Assembly (NCBI GenBank): GCA_964579785.1
Contig: CAZOIB010000261.1
Location: 1-45,588, forward strand
DNA length: 45,588 nucleotides
Direction of reading: 5' to 3'
Source: an uncultured Lysobacter sp.
GTDB taxonomy: Bacteria; Pseudomonadota; Gammaproteobacteria; Burkholderiales; Usitatibacteraceae
The notes under the pieces are model-generated. The model was not told where the DNA came from. It worked only from the letters and a program-made list of their open reading frames with translations, and ran no database searches. Numbering within the stretch: position 1 is the stretch's first letter; each line of letters opens with the position of its first letter. Below are positions 1 to 9,421 of this stretch, in pieces. A program made the translations under genes and the position numbers.

Positions 1-683
1 AGGTCGAACTCGTACCAGCGCACCGAGAACTTGGCCGAAGTCGGGAAGGCGTGATGGTTGTTGTGCAGCTCCTCGCCGCCGATCCAGGCCGCGATCGGGA
101 TCATGTTGGTGCTGGCATCCTCGGTCTGGAAATTGCGATAGCCCCAGTAGTGGCCGATGCCGTTGATGACGCCGGCCGCCCAGAAGGGAATCCACGCCAT
201 CTGGATGCCGAACATGAGGATGCCGGGCAGGGCGCCGAACAGCGCGATGTTCACGAGGGCGAGCAGCAGGATGCCCTTCTTGTGGTGCGGCGAGTAGATG
301 TGGCGCTCGATCCAGTCGTCCGGCGTGCCATGGCCGTAGCGCTGCATCGTCTCGGGATGGCGCGACTCCTTCACGTACAGGAACACGCCGCCGAAGAGCA
401 CGCGCCGGATGCCGTAGACCTGCGGGCTGTGCGGATCCTCGGGGGTCTCGCACTTCGCGTGGTGCTTGCGGTGGATGGCCGCCCATTCCCTGGTGATCAT
501 GCCCGTGGTCAGCCACATCCAGAAGCGGAAGAAGTGGCTCACGGCCGGGTGCAGGTCGAGCGCGCGGTGCGCCTGGCAGCGGTGCAGGTAGAGGGTGACG
601 CCCGCGATCGTGACCTGGGTCAGGATCGCGAGCGCGAGGAGGTCGCCCCACCAGGGGAGATTGAGCAAGCCGTGGAACAGCAT
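1..683 (-). CDS. Membrane fatty-acid desaturase (delta-9 acyl-lipid/acyl-CoA type), C-terminal end cut by window edge
   Basis: Not in the ORF track because it has no stop in the window. Reverse complement from ATG 683-681 reads MLFHGLLNLPWWGDL... The three histidine boxes HRCQAH, HRKHH and HNNHH appear in canonical order. Third-position GC is high. Confidence 0.85.
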   Translation of the reverse strand, partial: MLFHGLLNLPWWGDLLALAILTQVTIAGVTLYLHRCQAHRALDLHPAVSHFFRFWMWLTTGMITREWAAIHRKHHAKCETPEDPHSPQVYGIRRVLFGGVFLYVKESRHPETMQRYGHGTPDDWIERHIYSPHHKKGILLLALVNIALFGALPGILMFGIQMAWIPFWAAGVINGIGHYWGYRNFQTEDASTNMIPIAAWIGGEELHNNHHAFPTSAKFSVRWYEFD

Positions 684-746
684 CGGGTGCGCCTTTCGCA
701 GGACCTGCGAGGAAGGGGGTGGGAGAGATGCGCTTCGGGCGGAATT

Positions 747-1997
747 CTAGCCCACTACCCTCACATCGCGCTGGGGGAAGGGTATTTCGATGCCTTCGGC
801 GCGGAATGCCTCGAGGACCTCCTTGAGGATGGCTCCGCGCAGCTGCATCTGGCCCTGGTCCGGGTCGGCGATCCAGGCCGACATCTCGATGTCGATGCCG
901 TTGTCGCCCAGGGCGGAAATGAAGACCCCGGGCGCGGGATCGGCGAGGATGCGGGGCTGGCGCCCGGCGGCCGCGAGCAGCAGGACAAAGGCCCGGTCGA
1001 CATCGGTCGCGTAGCCGACCGTGACCTTCACCTTGACCGCCACCTTGCGGTCGGTGAAGGAGTGGTTGGTGACGCACTGCGTGATCATCGTCTCGTTGGG
1101 GATGATCGACTCGGTGCCGTCGAGGCTGCGGATCACCGTGTAGCGCGACTCGATCGCCTTCACCACGCCCTGGCGGTTGTCCACCGTGACCAGGTCGCCG
1201 ATGCGGATCGAGCGGTCGAGCAGGATGATGTAGCCGCTCACGTAGTTGCTGGCCACCTTCTGCAGGCCCAGCCCGAGCCCGACGCCGAGCGCGCCGCCGA
1301 AGACCGAGAGCGCGGTGATGTCGATGCCGGCGAGCGGCAGCGCCACCAGGATGGCGACGAGGAACGCGGCAGCCCGCACCAGCTTCGCGATCACCACGCG
1401 CGTGGACAGCTCGATCGCCTCGGCGGCCAGGACGCTTCCCTCGACCATGCGCGCGATCCACAGCGAGATCGCCAGCGTGACCGCCACGGCGGCGATGCCC
1501 TGCCCGACGAGCAGCAGCGAGATGCGCTGCCTGCCGATGGTGAAGGCCATCGCGTCCAGCGCGTCCCAGACCTCCGGGAGGATGCCGGTCAGGTGCAGGG
1601 CCACGCCCACCCACATGGTGATGGAGAAGGTGCGCTCCGAGCCGCGCAGGAACGCCCCTTCCGGCAGGACGTGGCGCAGCACGTAGACCGCGAAGCGGAT
1701 CACCGCGAACGCGGCGACCAGCGCGATGGCGAGATCGACCAGCGGCGTGGCGTAGACCTTGCGCAGCAGCACGCGCCCGACCCACAGGATGCCGAGCGCC
1801 GTGAGCGGCATGGCGACGCGATCGAAGCCGCCGGCGCCGAACTTCCACACCTGCCGGGCGGCAACGCGCCTGCGCAGCATCCCGCCAACCAGCCAGCCGA
1901 GCGCCACGCCCGCGGCGATGACGGCGAGCTGCGCGAGCCCGCGCGGCGCGGAGGCCTGGGTCGCAAATGCTTCCAGCGTTCTTTCGAGCGGGCTCAT
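747..1997 (-). CDS. Mechanosensitive ion channel, MscS family
   Basis: Lower part of track ORF 747..2300(-). Start trimmed to ATG 1997 (MSPLERTLEAF) because the upstream residues are Arg/Ser/Pro-rich junk. Several hydrophobic helices are followed by the MscS-type motif GLGLGLQKVASNYVSGYIILLDRSIRIGDLVTV and a C-terminal domain. Confidence 0.9.
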   Translation of the reverse strand: MSPLERTLEAFATQASAPRGLAQLAVIAAGVALGWLVGGMLRRRVAARQVWKFGAGGFDRVAMPLTALGILWVGRVLLRKVYATPLVDLAIALVAAFAVIRFAVYVLRHVLPEGAFLRGSERTFSITMWVGVALHLTGILPEVWDALDAMAFTIGRQRISLLLVGQGIAAVAVTLAISLWIARMVEGSVLAAEAIELSTRVVIAKLVRAAAFLVAILVALPLAGIDITALSVFGGALGVGLGLGLQKVASNYVSGYIILLDRSIRIGDLVTVDNRQGVVKAIESRYTVIRSLDGTESIIPNETMITQCVTNHSFTDRKVAVKVKVTVGYATDVDRAFVLLLAAAGRQPRILADPAPGVFISALGDNGIDIEMSAWIADPDQGQMQLRGAILKEVLEAFRAEGIEIPFPQRDVRVVG

Positions 1998-2058
1998 GGT
2001 CGCGAAGCGGGCTGCGGGAGTGTCGGCCGGGAAACGCGCCGCTGGTGGGTCGGACGCG

Positions 2059-2613
2059 TCATTGTAATCGCGAGGCGCCCGCGCGGTGCCTCTCGAAGTC
2101 GCGCGCGTAGCGTGCGGCGACCTGGCGCTCGCCGGAGATGACCACGATGTTCTCCGCGTTCCTGGCCTGAGCAGCTTGCGTGAAGTTGTAGCTGCCGGTG
2201 ACGACGACGGGCGAGCGGGTCTGCGCGTCGATGAGCACGACCTTGTTGTGGAAGGCGGCGTGTTCCCCTTGCAGCCAGATGCGCACGCCTGCGCGGCCAA
2301 GCTGCCCGAGCACGGGCAGGCCTCCGGCTTCGTGCTGCTTCGCGTCGCCGATGAGCTCTACCTCCAGGCCGCGTTGCGCCGCTTTCGCGAGTGCGGCGGC
2401 GATGCGCCGGTTGGTGAAGAGGTAGGCCTCGACCTGCACGCTGCTGCGTGCCCTGGAGATGCGCTCGGCGATCACGCGGTCCACTTCGTCGCCGGGCGTG
2501 AAGTAGGCCTCGACGCGGGGCGCCGCGCCGGCGGCCCGCGGACCGGGAGCGGGTCCGGCGGCCGCCGCGGCGAGCGCCAGGCTGCAGGCGAGCGCCGCCA
2601 GTGCCGCCTTCAC
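2059..2613 (-). CDS. Secreted phospholipase D-family protein (Nuc-type endonuclease-like, single HKD motif)
   Basis: Last 184 codons of track ORF 2059..3573(-). GTG start at 2613 gives a signal-peptide-like VKAALAALACSLALAAAAAG. HKD motif HNKVVLID...GSYNFT is present. The start overlaps the upstream stop (GTGA). Confidence 0.8.
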   Translation of the reverse strand: MKAALAALACSLALAAAAAGPAPGPRAAGAAPRVEAYFTPGDEVDRVIAERISRARSSVQVEAYLFTNRRIAAALAKAAQRGLEVELIGDAKQHEAGGLPVLGQLGRAGVRIWLQGEHAAFHNKVVLIDAQTRSPVVVTGSYNFTQAAQARNAENIVVISGERQVAARYARDFERHRAGASRLQ

Positions 2614-3875
2614 GCGCCGCGTTGCATGACGGCGGCGAAGAAGCCGTCGGTGTCGTGCACGTGCGGTGTCAGGCGCAGGTATTGCTCGCAGCCGGGAATG
2701 ACCACGCCCTGGCGGGCCAGGACCTCGGCGCAGGGGATCACCGCGAAGTCCGGATGCGCGGCGAGGAAGCGCGCGACGATGGCCTCGTTTTCCTCCTCGA
2801 GGAGGCTGCAGGTGCCGTAGACGAGGCGGCCGCCGGGCTTGAGGAGTCCGGCCGCGGCCTCGAGAATCGCGGTCTGCTTGGCGTTGAGTTCCGCGAGGCC
2901 TTCCTCCGTCTGCCGGAACTTGAGGTCGGGATTGCGGCGCAGCGTCCCGAAGCCCGTGCACGGCGCGTCGACGAGGACGCGGTCGACCTTGCCGCGCAGG
3001 CGCTTCACCTTGCTGTCGTTCTCGCCGGCGATGCGCTGCGGATGCACGTTGGACAGCCCCGAGCGGCGCAGGCGCGGCGTGAGGTTCGCCAGGCGCTTTT
3101 CCGAGATGTCGTAGGCATAGAGGCGCCCGTGCGAGACCATCGCGGCGCCGAGCTGCAGCGTCTTGCCGCCGGCGCCGGCGCAGAAATCCACCACCATGTC
3201 GGTCCTCCGGGGCTCGACGAGCAGTCCCAGGATCTGGCTGCCCTCGTCCTGCACCTCGACCGCCCCGTCCACGAACATCGGATGGCGGTTGAGGGCGATC
3301 TTGTCCCGCATGCGCACGCCGATCGGCGAGTAGCGGGTGGGCGCGCCGGGCGTGCCGTCGGCCTCGAGCCGGTCGAGGACGGCCTGGCGCGGCGCCTTGA
3401 GGGTGTTCACGCGCAGGTCGAGCGGCGCCGGGTGCTGCAGGCTCCTCGCCAGCGCGAGTATCTCGTCGTCCGGGTAGCGCTTGCGCAGCCGGGCGATGAC
3501 CCAGTCCGGCAGTTCCGCCTGCACCCCGAACGGCTGCGCGGCGATGTCGACGGCCTTGAATTCGGCCAGCCACTTCGCCTCCGCCCCCCGGAGCACGGTG
3601 TCGAGCGAACCTATTCCCAGCCCCTGCAGCTTCACCAGGGCCGCGAGCGCGAGCTCGCGCGGCGACGCCGAGGGAGTGAGGCTTTCGAGGAGCCGCCGGT
3701 GGCGCAGCACGGCATACACGGTGTCGGCGATGAGCGCGCGGTCGCGGCTGCCCAGGCTGCGGTTGTCGCGGAAGTGGTGCTTGAGGGTCACGTCGGCGGG
3801 GCTGCGCAGCGGCAGCACGACCGTGAGCGCGTGCACGATCGCCTCGAGCTGCGTGCGGGTGAGCGGGGCGGACAT
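2610..3875 (-). CDS. RsmB/NOP2/Sun-family rRNA (cytosine-C5) methyltransferase
   Basis: Track ORF 2610..4439(-) trimmed to ATG 3875 (MSAPLTRTQLEAI). SAM motif VVDFCAGAGGKT. Catalytic cysteine motifs VDAPCTGFGTLRRNPD and VYGTCSL. Confidence 0.9.
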   Translation of the reverse strand: MSAPLTRTQLEAIVHALTVVLPLRSPADVTLKHHFRDNRSLGSRDRALIADTVYAVLRHRRLLESLTPSASPRELALAALVKLQGLGIGSLDTVLRGAEAKWLAEFKAVDIAAQPFGVQAELPDWVIARLRKRYPDDEILALARSLQHPAPLDLRVNTLKAPRQAVLDRLEADGTPGAPTRYSPIGVRMRDKIALNRHPMFVDGAVEVQDEGSQILGLLVEPRRTDMVVDFCAGAGGKTLQLGAAMVSHGRLYAYDISEKRLANLTPRLRRSGLSNVHPQRIAGENDSKVKRLRGKVDRVLVDAPCTGFGTLRRNPDLKFRQTEEGLAELNAKQTAILEAAAGLLKPGGRLVYGTCSLLEEENEAIVARFLAAHPDFAVIPCAEVLARQGVVIPGCEQYLRLTPHVHDTDGFFAAVMQRGA

Positions 3876-3877
3876 GT

Positions 3878-4930
3878 CTAGCGCGCCCTGACCGAGGTGG
3901 CGGTCTGCTCGACGACGAGGCGGTTTCTCGCGATCGGATAGCGCAGCTTCACCGGAAGAAAGTGGTGTTCGACGCCCAGCCAGACATCGACGGCCTCCTC
4001 GGGCCTGGCGCCCGTGTGGCGCAGGTGCAACGCGTTGGTGCGGCCGAGGGGCAGTTCCAGCTCTTCCATCCCGAGGACCTGCAGCTGGTACTGGTAAAGG
4101 CGCCGTTGGGTGTAGACACGCAAGTCCATCGCTTCGCCTTTCGGGGGCCGGTGGGCCAGCTGGAAGATCATCGACAGCCAGTCGACGGTGGCATCGGTGA
4201 GCGCTCCGCTGCGTCTTTCGTCGCCGCGCTGGAATTCCACCGTGCGCGCGTCCCAGTCGAACGCCAGGCCTTCCTGCGCCGTCCCGGGCCGCCGCTCGCT
4301 GAAGCGCTCCGGCCGCAGTCCTTCCGGGGTGACGCGGCCGGTGGCCTCCTGGTCGATGCGCCCCTCGAGGAAGACGGTGAAGAAGCCGGTCGCCTGGATG
4401 CTGCCGGTGATCTCGTAGCGGTCGCCGTCGCGCTTCCACGAGTACTCGGCCTCGCCGTCCGCGAAGACGGAGGTGAGCGCGTAGGCAATGGTCACTTCCG
4501 CCGGCAGGGCGTCGACCGCGAAGACGGGCGGCGTCGGTGCTGCCAGCGGCACCGCAGGTTGCGCGAGCGCCACGACCTCGGGCGGCGGCGCGGCGGGCAG
4601 GGGCTCGATCGGGATCGTCGCCAGTGCCGCGAGCGGTGCTTCGGTCGCCAGCGGAAGGTCGGGAAGGAAGGCCACGGTCGCATCGGGCAGCAATGCGGGC
4701 CGGGCGCGGCGGGGTCGCGGCTGCGGGGGAGCCACGACGCGCGCGGGCGCTGGCGGCTCGACGATCGCCGCGGGTTGCAGGGTCGCGCTGTACTCGGGAG
4801 CGTCGAGGTCCGCGTCATCCTGCGCCGGCACGCGGACCCCGACCACCACGGCGCCATGCAGCGCGGCGGAAACCGCCACCGCCATGGCGGCGGCACGGTA
4901 GGAAGGATCGATGGCGCGCAGCAGTTCCAT
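3878..4930 (-). CDS. DUF3108-domain protein with N-terminal membrane anchor and Pro/Ala-rich linker
   Basis: Track ORF, 350 aa. N-terminal hydrophobic helix AVAVSAALHGAVVVGV, a proline-rich stretch, then a C-terminal region (TIAYALTS...YSWKRDGDRYEITG...LRYP) resembling the paralog immediately downstream. Confidence 0.75.
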   Translation of the reverse strand: MELLRAIDPSYRAAAMAVAVSAALHGAVVVGVRVPAQDDADLDAPEYSATLQPAAIVEPPAPARVVAPPQPRPRRARPALLPDATVAFLPDLPLATEAPLAALATIPIEPLPAAPPPEVVALAQPAVPLAAPTPPVFAVDALPAEVTIAYALTSVFADGEAEYSWKRDGDRYEITGSIQATGFFTVFLEGRIDQEATGRVTPEGLRPERFSERRPGTAQEGLAFDWDARTVEFQRGDERRSGALTDATVDWLSMIFQLAHRPPKGEAMDLRVYTQRRLYQYQLQVLGMEELELPLGRTNALHLRHTGARPEEAVDVWLGVEHHFLPVKLRYPIARNRLVVEQTATSVRAR

Positions 4931-4932
4931 GG

Positions 4933-5625
4933 TTACCGGGTCGAGAGACTGACCAGCGTCTGCTCCAGCTTGAGGCCGCGGGCGTCCTCGAAGACGATGC
5001 GCACGGCCAGGTTGTGATGCTCCTTGGCGAGCCAGAGCTGCGCCTTGTTCTCGTTCGCCTCCCCGGTGATGCGTTCGTAATGCACCGTGGCGAATTCCCC
5101 GGCCGGCGTCGCAAGCAGCGACTCGTCCACCTTGCGATAGGCGTAACGCTCCACCTTGCGTCCGTTGGACATGTGCATGCGCACTTCGTTGCCGCCCGGT
5201 TGCATGTTCATGAACTGGTACATGACCGACAGGCGGTCCTGCGTGCCGGGCGGGAGGGGTACCAGCGTTTCCTCGCCGCGGTATTCGGAGCGCAGCCGGG
5301 CGCCGGGCCAGTCGAAGGTGGCGAGGATGTCCCGGTCCGGGGCGCCGGCGCGCTTCTGCTCGAAGCGCAGCGGTTGCAGGCCGCCGGAGACGACGCGCCC
5401 CTCGCTGCGCAGGACGACCGTATCGTCGAGGAAGAGCTTGAACAGGCCTTCGGCGCGGGTCGTGCTCTCGATGCGGAAGGTGTCGGCCTTGCGCACGTAG
5501 CTCTCGGACACGCGGCCGATGGTGAGGCCGCTGGTGACGATGCGGTATTCCGCGGCGATCTCCGTGGGCGCGGCGAAGGCGGGGGCCGCGAGCGAGAGGG
5601 CGAACAGCAACGCAAGAACCTTCAT
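4933..5625 (-). CDS. DUF3108-domain protein, secreted
   Basis: Track ORF, 230 aa. Signal peptide MKVLALLFALSLAAPAFA. Body is similar to the C-terminal domain of the preceding gene. Its start overlaps the purN stop (ATGA). Confidence 0.8.
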   Translation of the reverse strand: MKVLALLFALSLAAPAFAAPTEIAAEYRIVTSGLTIGRVSESYVRKADTFRIESTTRAEGLFKLFLDDTVVLRSEGRVVSGGLQPLRFEQKRAGAPDRDILATFDWPGARLRSEYRGEETLVPLPPGTQDRLSVMYQFMNMQPGGNEVRMHMSNGRKVERYAYRKVDESLLATPAGEFATVHYERITGEANENKAQLWLAKEHHNLAVRIVFEDARGLKLEQTLVSLSTR

Positions 5626-6263
5626 GCGGGGTCCCGGGGAGCGATCAGGCTATCCGTGGAAACGCCCGAACCCCGGATGCGGACGACATCGCCCGTCCCG
5701 ATTTCGACGCGCCCCTCGGCGAGCCACCGCGCCGCCTGCGGATAGATGCGGTGTTCCTGCGCCAGGACGCGTTCGGCGAGGGCGTCTTCCGTATCCCCGT
5801 CGAGGACGGGAACGGCGGCCTGCACGAGGATGGGACCGTGGTCGAGCGCGGGAGTGACGAAGTGCACCGTGGCGCCGTGCAGCTTCACGCCGGCCGCCAG
5901 GGCGCGGGCATGGGTGTGCAGTCCGGGGAAGCAGGGCAGGAGGGACGGGTGGATGTTGAGGATGCTCCGCGGATAGCGGTCGATGAAGCCGGCGGTGAGG
6001 ATGCGCATGAAGCCCGCCAGCAGGACGTAGTCGGGGGCGAAGGCGTCGATGGCCTGCGCGAGCGCGGCGTCGAAGGCCTCGCGCGCCGGGTACGCCCTGT
6101 GGTCCACCGTGCGTGTCGCGAGACCGTGGCCCGCGGCCCACGCGAGACCCCCGGCCTCGGGCCGGTTGGCGATGACCGCGCGGAACTCCAGCCCGGGCTG
6201 CGCCTCGACCAGGGCCTGCATGTAGCGGCCCCTCCCGGAACAGAGGATGACCGCCGATTTCAA
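5622..6263 (-). CDS. purN: Phosphoribosylglycinamide formyltransferase
   Basis: Track ORF, 213 aa. Motifs LLAGFMRIL, NIHPSLLP and HGATVHFV. Confidence 0.95.
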   Translation of the reverse strand: MKSAVILCSGRGRYMQALVEAQPGLEFRAVIANRPEAGGLAWAAGHGLATRTVDHRAYPAREAFDAALAQAIDAFAPDYVLLAGFMRILTAGFIDRYPRSILNIHPSLLPCFPGLHTHARALAAGVKLHGATVHFVTPALDHGPILVQAAVPVLDGDTEDALAERVLAQEHRIYPQAARWLAEGRVEIGTGDVVRIRGSGVSTDSLIAPRDPA

Positions 6264-6311
6264 GGGCTCACCGTGACAATGGGGCCGGGTTCGCGAACCC
6301 GACCCATTGTT

Positions 6312-7352
6312 CTAGACGACGACGGCGGGTGGCGCGTCGCCGGAGCGCGCCACGATGGAGCCGACTTCCCACGCCGCGATGCCGTGGATCGCCAGCGTGG
6401 CGAGGGCCGCCCCGGCGTGTTCCTTGGCGACCACGAGCACCATGCCGATGCCGCAGTTGAAGGTGCGGTGCATCTCGGCCTCGGGCACGTTGCCCTGCTC
6501 CTGCAGCCAGTCGAAGACGGCGGGGCGGGGCCAGCGCGACTTGTCGAGGCGGGCCGCGGTGTGCGCCGGAAGGACGCGCGGCACGTTCTCCACGATCCCG
6601 CCGCCGGTGATGTGCGCCACGCCCTTCACCGGAAGACCCGCCATCACGGCGAGCACCGGCTTCACGTAGATGCGCGTGGGCTCCAGGAGCGCCGCGCCCA
6701 GCGTGCGTCCGTCGAAGGGCTGGTCGAGCTCGGCGCCGGTGACGGCGAGGATCTTGCGCACCAGCGAAAAGCCGTTCGAGTGCACGCCGCTGGAAGCGAG
6801 CCCGATGATCGCGTCGCCGGGCGCGATGGTGCTGCCATCGATGATGCGTTCCTTCTCCACCAGGCCGACGGCGAAGCCCGCGAGGTCGTATTCGTTCGGG
6901 TCGTAGAGGCCCGGCATCTCCGCGGTTTCTCCCCCGATCAGCGCGCAGCCGGCCAGCTCGCAGCCCGCCGCCACGCCCTTCACCACCTCGGCCGCCACGT
7001 CGACGTCGAGCTTGCCGCAGGCGAAATAGTCGAGGAAGAACACCGGCTCGGCGCCGGTGACGAGGACGTCGTTCACGCTCATGGCCACCAGGTCGATGCC
7101 GACCGTGTCGTGCTTCTTCATGCGGAAGGCGAGCTTCAGCTTGGTGCCCACGCCGTCGGTTCCCGAGACCATCACCGGGTTGCGGTATTTCTTCGACACC
7201 TCGAACATCGCCCCGAACCCGCCCAGGCCGCCGATCACCTCGGGGCGCATGGTGCGCTTCGCGTAGGGCTTGATGCGCTCGACCAGCGCGTCGCCCGCGT
7301 CGATGTCGACGCCGGCATCGCGGTAGGTGAGGGGATTGGGGGCGGCTGTCAC
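6312..7352 (-). CDS. purM: Phosphoribosylformylglycinamidine cyclo-ligase (AIR synthetase)
   Basis: Track ORF, 346 aa. Motifs [24 protein letters not shown] and HITGGG. Confidence 0.95.
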   Translation of the reverse strand: MTAAPNPLTYRDAGVDIDAGDALVERIKPYAKRTMRPEVIGGLGGFGAMFEVSKKYRNPVMVSGTDGVGTKLKLAFRMKKHDTVGIDLVAMSVNDVLVTGAEPVFFLDYFACGKLDVDVAAEVVKGVAAGCELAGCALIGGETAEMPGLYDPNEYDLAGFAVGLVEKERIIDGSTIAPGDAIIGLASSGVHSNGFSLVRKILAVTGAELDQPFDGRTLGAALLEPTRIYVKPVLAVMAGLPVKGVAHITGGGIVENVPRVLPAHTAARLDKSRWPRPAVFDWLQEQGNVPEAEMHRTFNCGIGMVLVVAKEHAGAALATLAIHGIAAWEVGSIVARSGDAPPAVVV

Positions 7353-7403
7353 GGGGGCACTTCCGGAGGGGAAACAGGATGAAATTCTACCGCATCGCCC
7401 CGC

Positions 7404-8123
7404 TCAGTCCCGATTCATGAGGAACGCCGCCTCCGCGCACCACGGCTCGCCCCGCGGCGCGTATTTCCAGTGCCGCAATGCCTCGGCGATGTAGGGCTCG
7501 AACTCGCGGTAATGGAGGGCGGGGGCGAGCGTGACGTTGACCACGTCGCCGCTCGCCGCCACGCCGACGTAGGCGATCTGCAGGACCGCAGCGGGCGCCT
7601 TCGGGTCCGCCGCGAGGTTCGGGGGAAATTGCGGCGCGAATGCCTGGGTGGGCTTGCGGTCGTTGAAGATCGCCGGCGCGGCGGCATTCGCCGGAGGCGG
7701 CTTCACCGCGTAGCTCACCTTGGGCTTGCCGTCCGCGATCTCGAACCAGAACGTGACCTGGCCCTCGGTCTCGGCGGCGTTGCATTGCGGCGGCACGATG
7801 CGCGGCTGCATGCGCCAGCGCTTCGCGGCGTCCCGGACGGCCGTGACGAACGCCTCGTTGAGGACGCTCGACTCGAAGCGCAGGTTCTCCAGCCGCCCGT
7901 CGGTCTGGATCGTGCCGGTCGCCGTCACCACCGCCGTTTCGCCCAGCGCCAGCGCCTCCCTGGGATAGGCGGGCGCCAGCAGGACGAGCATCCCGCCCTC
8001 GACGTACTTGAGCTTCTCCGGCGCACTGGGCGCGGGCGCCTGTGCGGCTGGCGCCTGGGCGGCGACCGCGGCGGAAAGGAGGGCCGCCACGGCCAGGGTG
8101 ATCACGGCCAGGGTTCGCGGCAT
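7404..8123 (-). CDS. Secreted protein with two TonB C-terminal-like domains
   Basis: Track ORF 7404..8165(-) trimmed to ATG 8123 (MPRTLAVITLAVAALLSAAVAAQA signal peptide). Contains YPREALALGETAVV...DGRLENL...AAKRWRMQP and a second ...ALRHWKYAP module, resembling TonB_C. Confidence 0.65.
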   Translation of the reverse strand: MPRTLAVITLAVAALLSAAVAAQAPAAQAPAPSAPEKLKYVEGGMLVLLAPAYPREALALGETAVVTATGTIQTDGRLENLRFESSVLNEAFVTAVRDAAKRWRMQPRIVPPQCNAAETEGQVTFWFEIADGKPKVSYAVKPPPANAAAPAIFNDRKPTQAFAPQFPPNLAADPKAPAAVLQIAYVGVAASGDVVNVTLAPALHYREFEPYIAEALRHWKYAPRGEPWCAEAAFLMNRD

Positions 8124-8157
8124 GGACAATCCTTGCAGGGGAGGGGAACGGCCGCGG

Positions 8158-9243
8158 TCAGGCATCGCCGCTGCCTTTCATGGCCGGCAGGTGCAGGCGG
8201 GCGAAGTCGAGCATGCGCTGGATCGGCACCCGGGCGCGCTTGCCGAGCGCGGGATCGACGTGGATCTCGTTGCGACCCGTCTCCAGGACCTCGAGCAGGT
8301 TGTGCAGCCCGTTCATCGCCATCCACGGGCAGTGCGCGCAGCTCTGGCACGTTGCACCCTTGCCGGCGGTGGGCGCCTCGATGAAGTCGACGCCGGGCAG
8401 GCGCTTGCGCATCTGATGGATGATGCCGCCGTCGGTCGCGACGATGTATTCCCGGGCGCCGAGGCGTTGCGCGGCCTGGATCATGCCGGTCGTGGAGCCC
8501 ACCGCGTCGGCCATCGCGATCACGCTCGCCGGCGATTCCGGGTGCACGAGCACCAGGGCGTCCGGGTGCGCGAGCTTCATCTCTTCCAGCTGCTGCGCCT
8601 TGAACTCCTCGTGCACGACGCAGGAGGCGTTCCACAGCAGCATGTCCGCGCCCGTCACGTTGCGGATGTAGTCGCCGAGGTGCTTGTCGGGTGCGAAGAG
8701 GACCTTCTTTCCCTGCGCGTGCAGGTGGGCGACGATCTTCTCGGCGATCGACGAGGTGACCATCCAGTCGGCGCGCGCCTTCACCGCCGCGCTGGTGTTG
8801 GCGTACACCACGACCACGCGGTCCGGATGCGCATCGCAGAAGCGGGAAAATTCGTCGGCGGGGCAGGCGAGGTCCAGCGAGCATTCCGCCGCGAGGTCGG
8901 GCATGAGGACGCGCTTCTCGGGGTTCAGGATCTTGGCCGTCTCGCCCATGAAGCGCACGCCCGCCACCACGATCGTCTTGCCGGGGTGCTCGTGGCCGAA
9001 GCGGGCCATCTCCAGCGAGTCCGACACCGTGCCGCCGGTGGCCTGCGCGAGGTCCTGCAGGTCCGGATGCACGTAGTAGTGCGCGACGAACACGGCATCC
9101 AGGGCCTCCAGGCGCTCCTTGATGCGCGCGATGAGCGCGGGCTTCTCCGCGGCGGTCGCGAGGTCCGGCGGCTTCGCGGGAGCAATCCCGAACGCGCCGT
9201 CGAAGCGTTCGAAACGAATCTGGATCGGGTGGGCCACTGCCAT
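8158..9243 (-). CDS. nadA: Quinolinate synthase
   Basis: Track ORF, 361 aa. Motifs [35 protein letters not shown] and a C-terminal [10 protein letters not shown]. Confidence 0.95.
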   Translation of the reverse strand: MAVAHPIQIRFERFDGAFGIAPAKPPDLATAAEKPALIARIKERLEALDAVFVAHYYVHPDLQDLAQATGGTVSDSLEMARFGHEHPGKTIVVAGVRFMGETAKILNPEKRVLMPDLAAECSLDLACPADEFSRFCDAHPDRVVVVYANTSAAVKARADWMVTSSIAEKIVAHLHAQGKKVLFAPDKHLGDYIRNVTGADMLLWNASCVVHEEFKAQQLEEMKLAHPDALVLVHPESPASVIAMADAVGSTTGMIQAAQRLGAREYIVATDGGIIHQMRKRLPGVDFIEAPTAGKGATCQSCAHCPWMAMNGLHNLLEVLETGRNEIHVDPALGKRARVPIQRMLDFARLHLPAMKGSGDA

Positions 9244-9421
9244 GGAAGCGTTCCTTTAGCGGTTCGATTCTGCCATAGGGGGATCGTTCCCGGCCGCGCC
9301 GGGGCGCGTGCTAGAATTTCCCCCGCGTTCCAACTGCGCCCGGCCGGTCCTTCCGCCGTGGCGCGCCCGGGCCAAGCCGTGCGGCGCAATCCTGCACCGC
9401 GGCGCCGCCCAGGGAGCCCCG

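Noticed and set aside
51-2141. 696-aa + strand ORF spanning the first 2 kb
   Set aside because: It is antisense to the desaturase (His boxes) and the MscS gene (clear family motifs). Its product is Arg/Asp/His/Gly-rich with no recognisable motif. This is a typical high-GC antisense open frame.
6276-6310. Strong hairpin (8 bp + bulge + 6 bp) between purM and purN
   Set aside because: On the transcribed (minus) strand no U-tract follows it, and purN must be co-expressed. I therefore did not call it a terminator. It may be an intercistronic stabiliser, but the evidence is insufficient.
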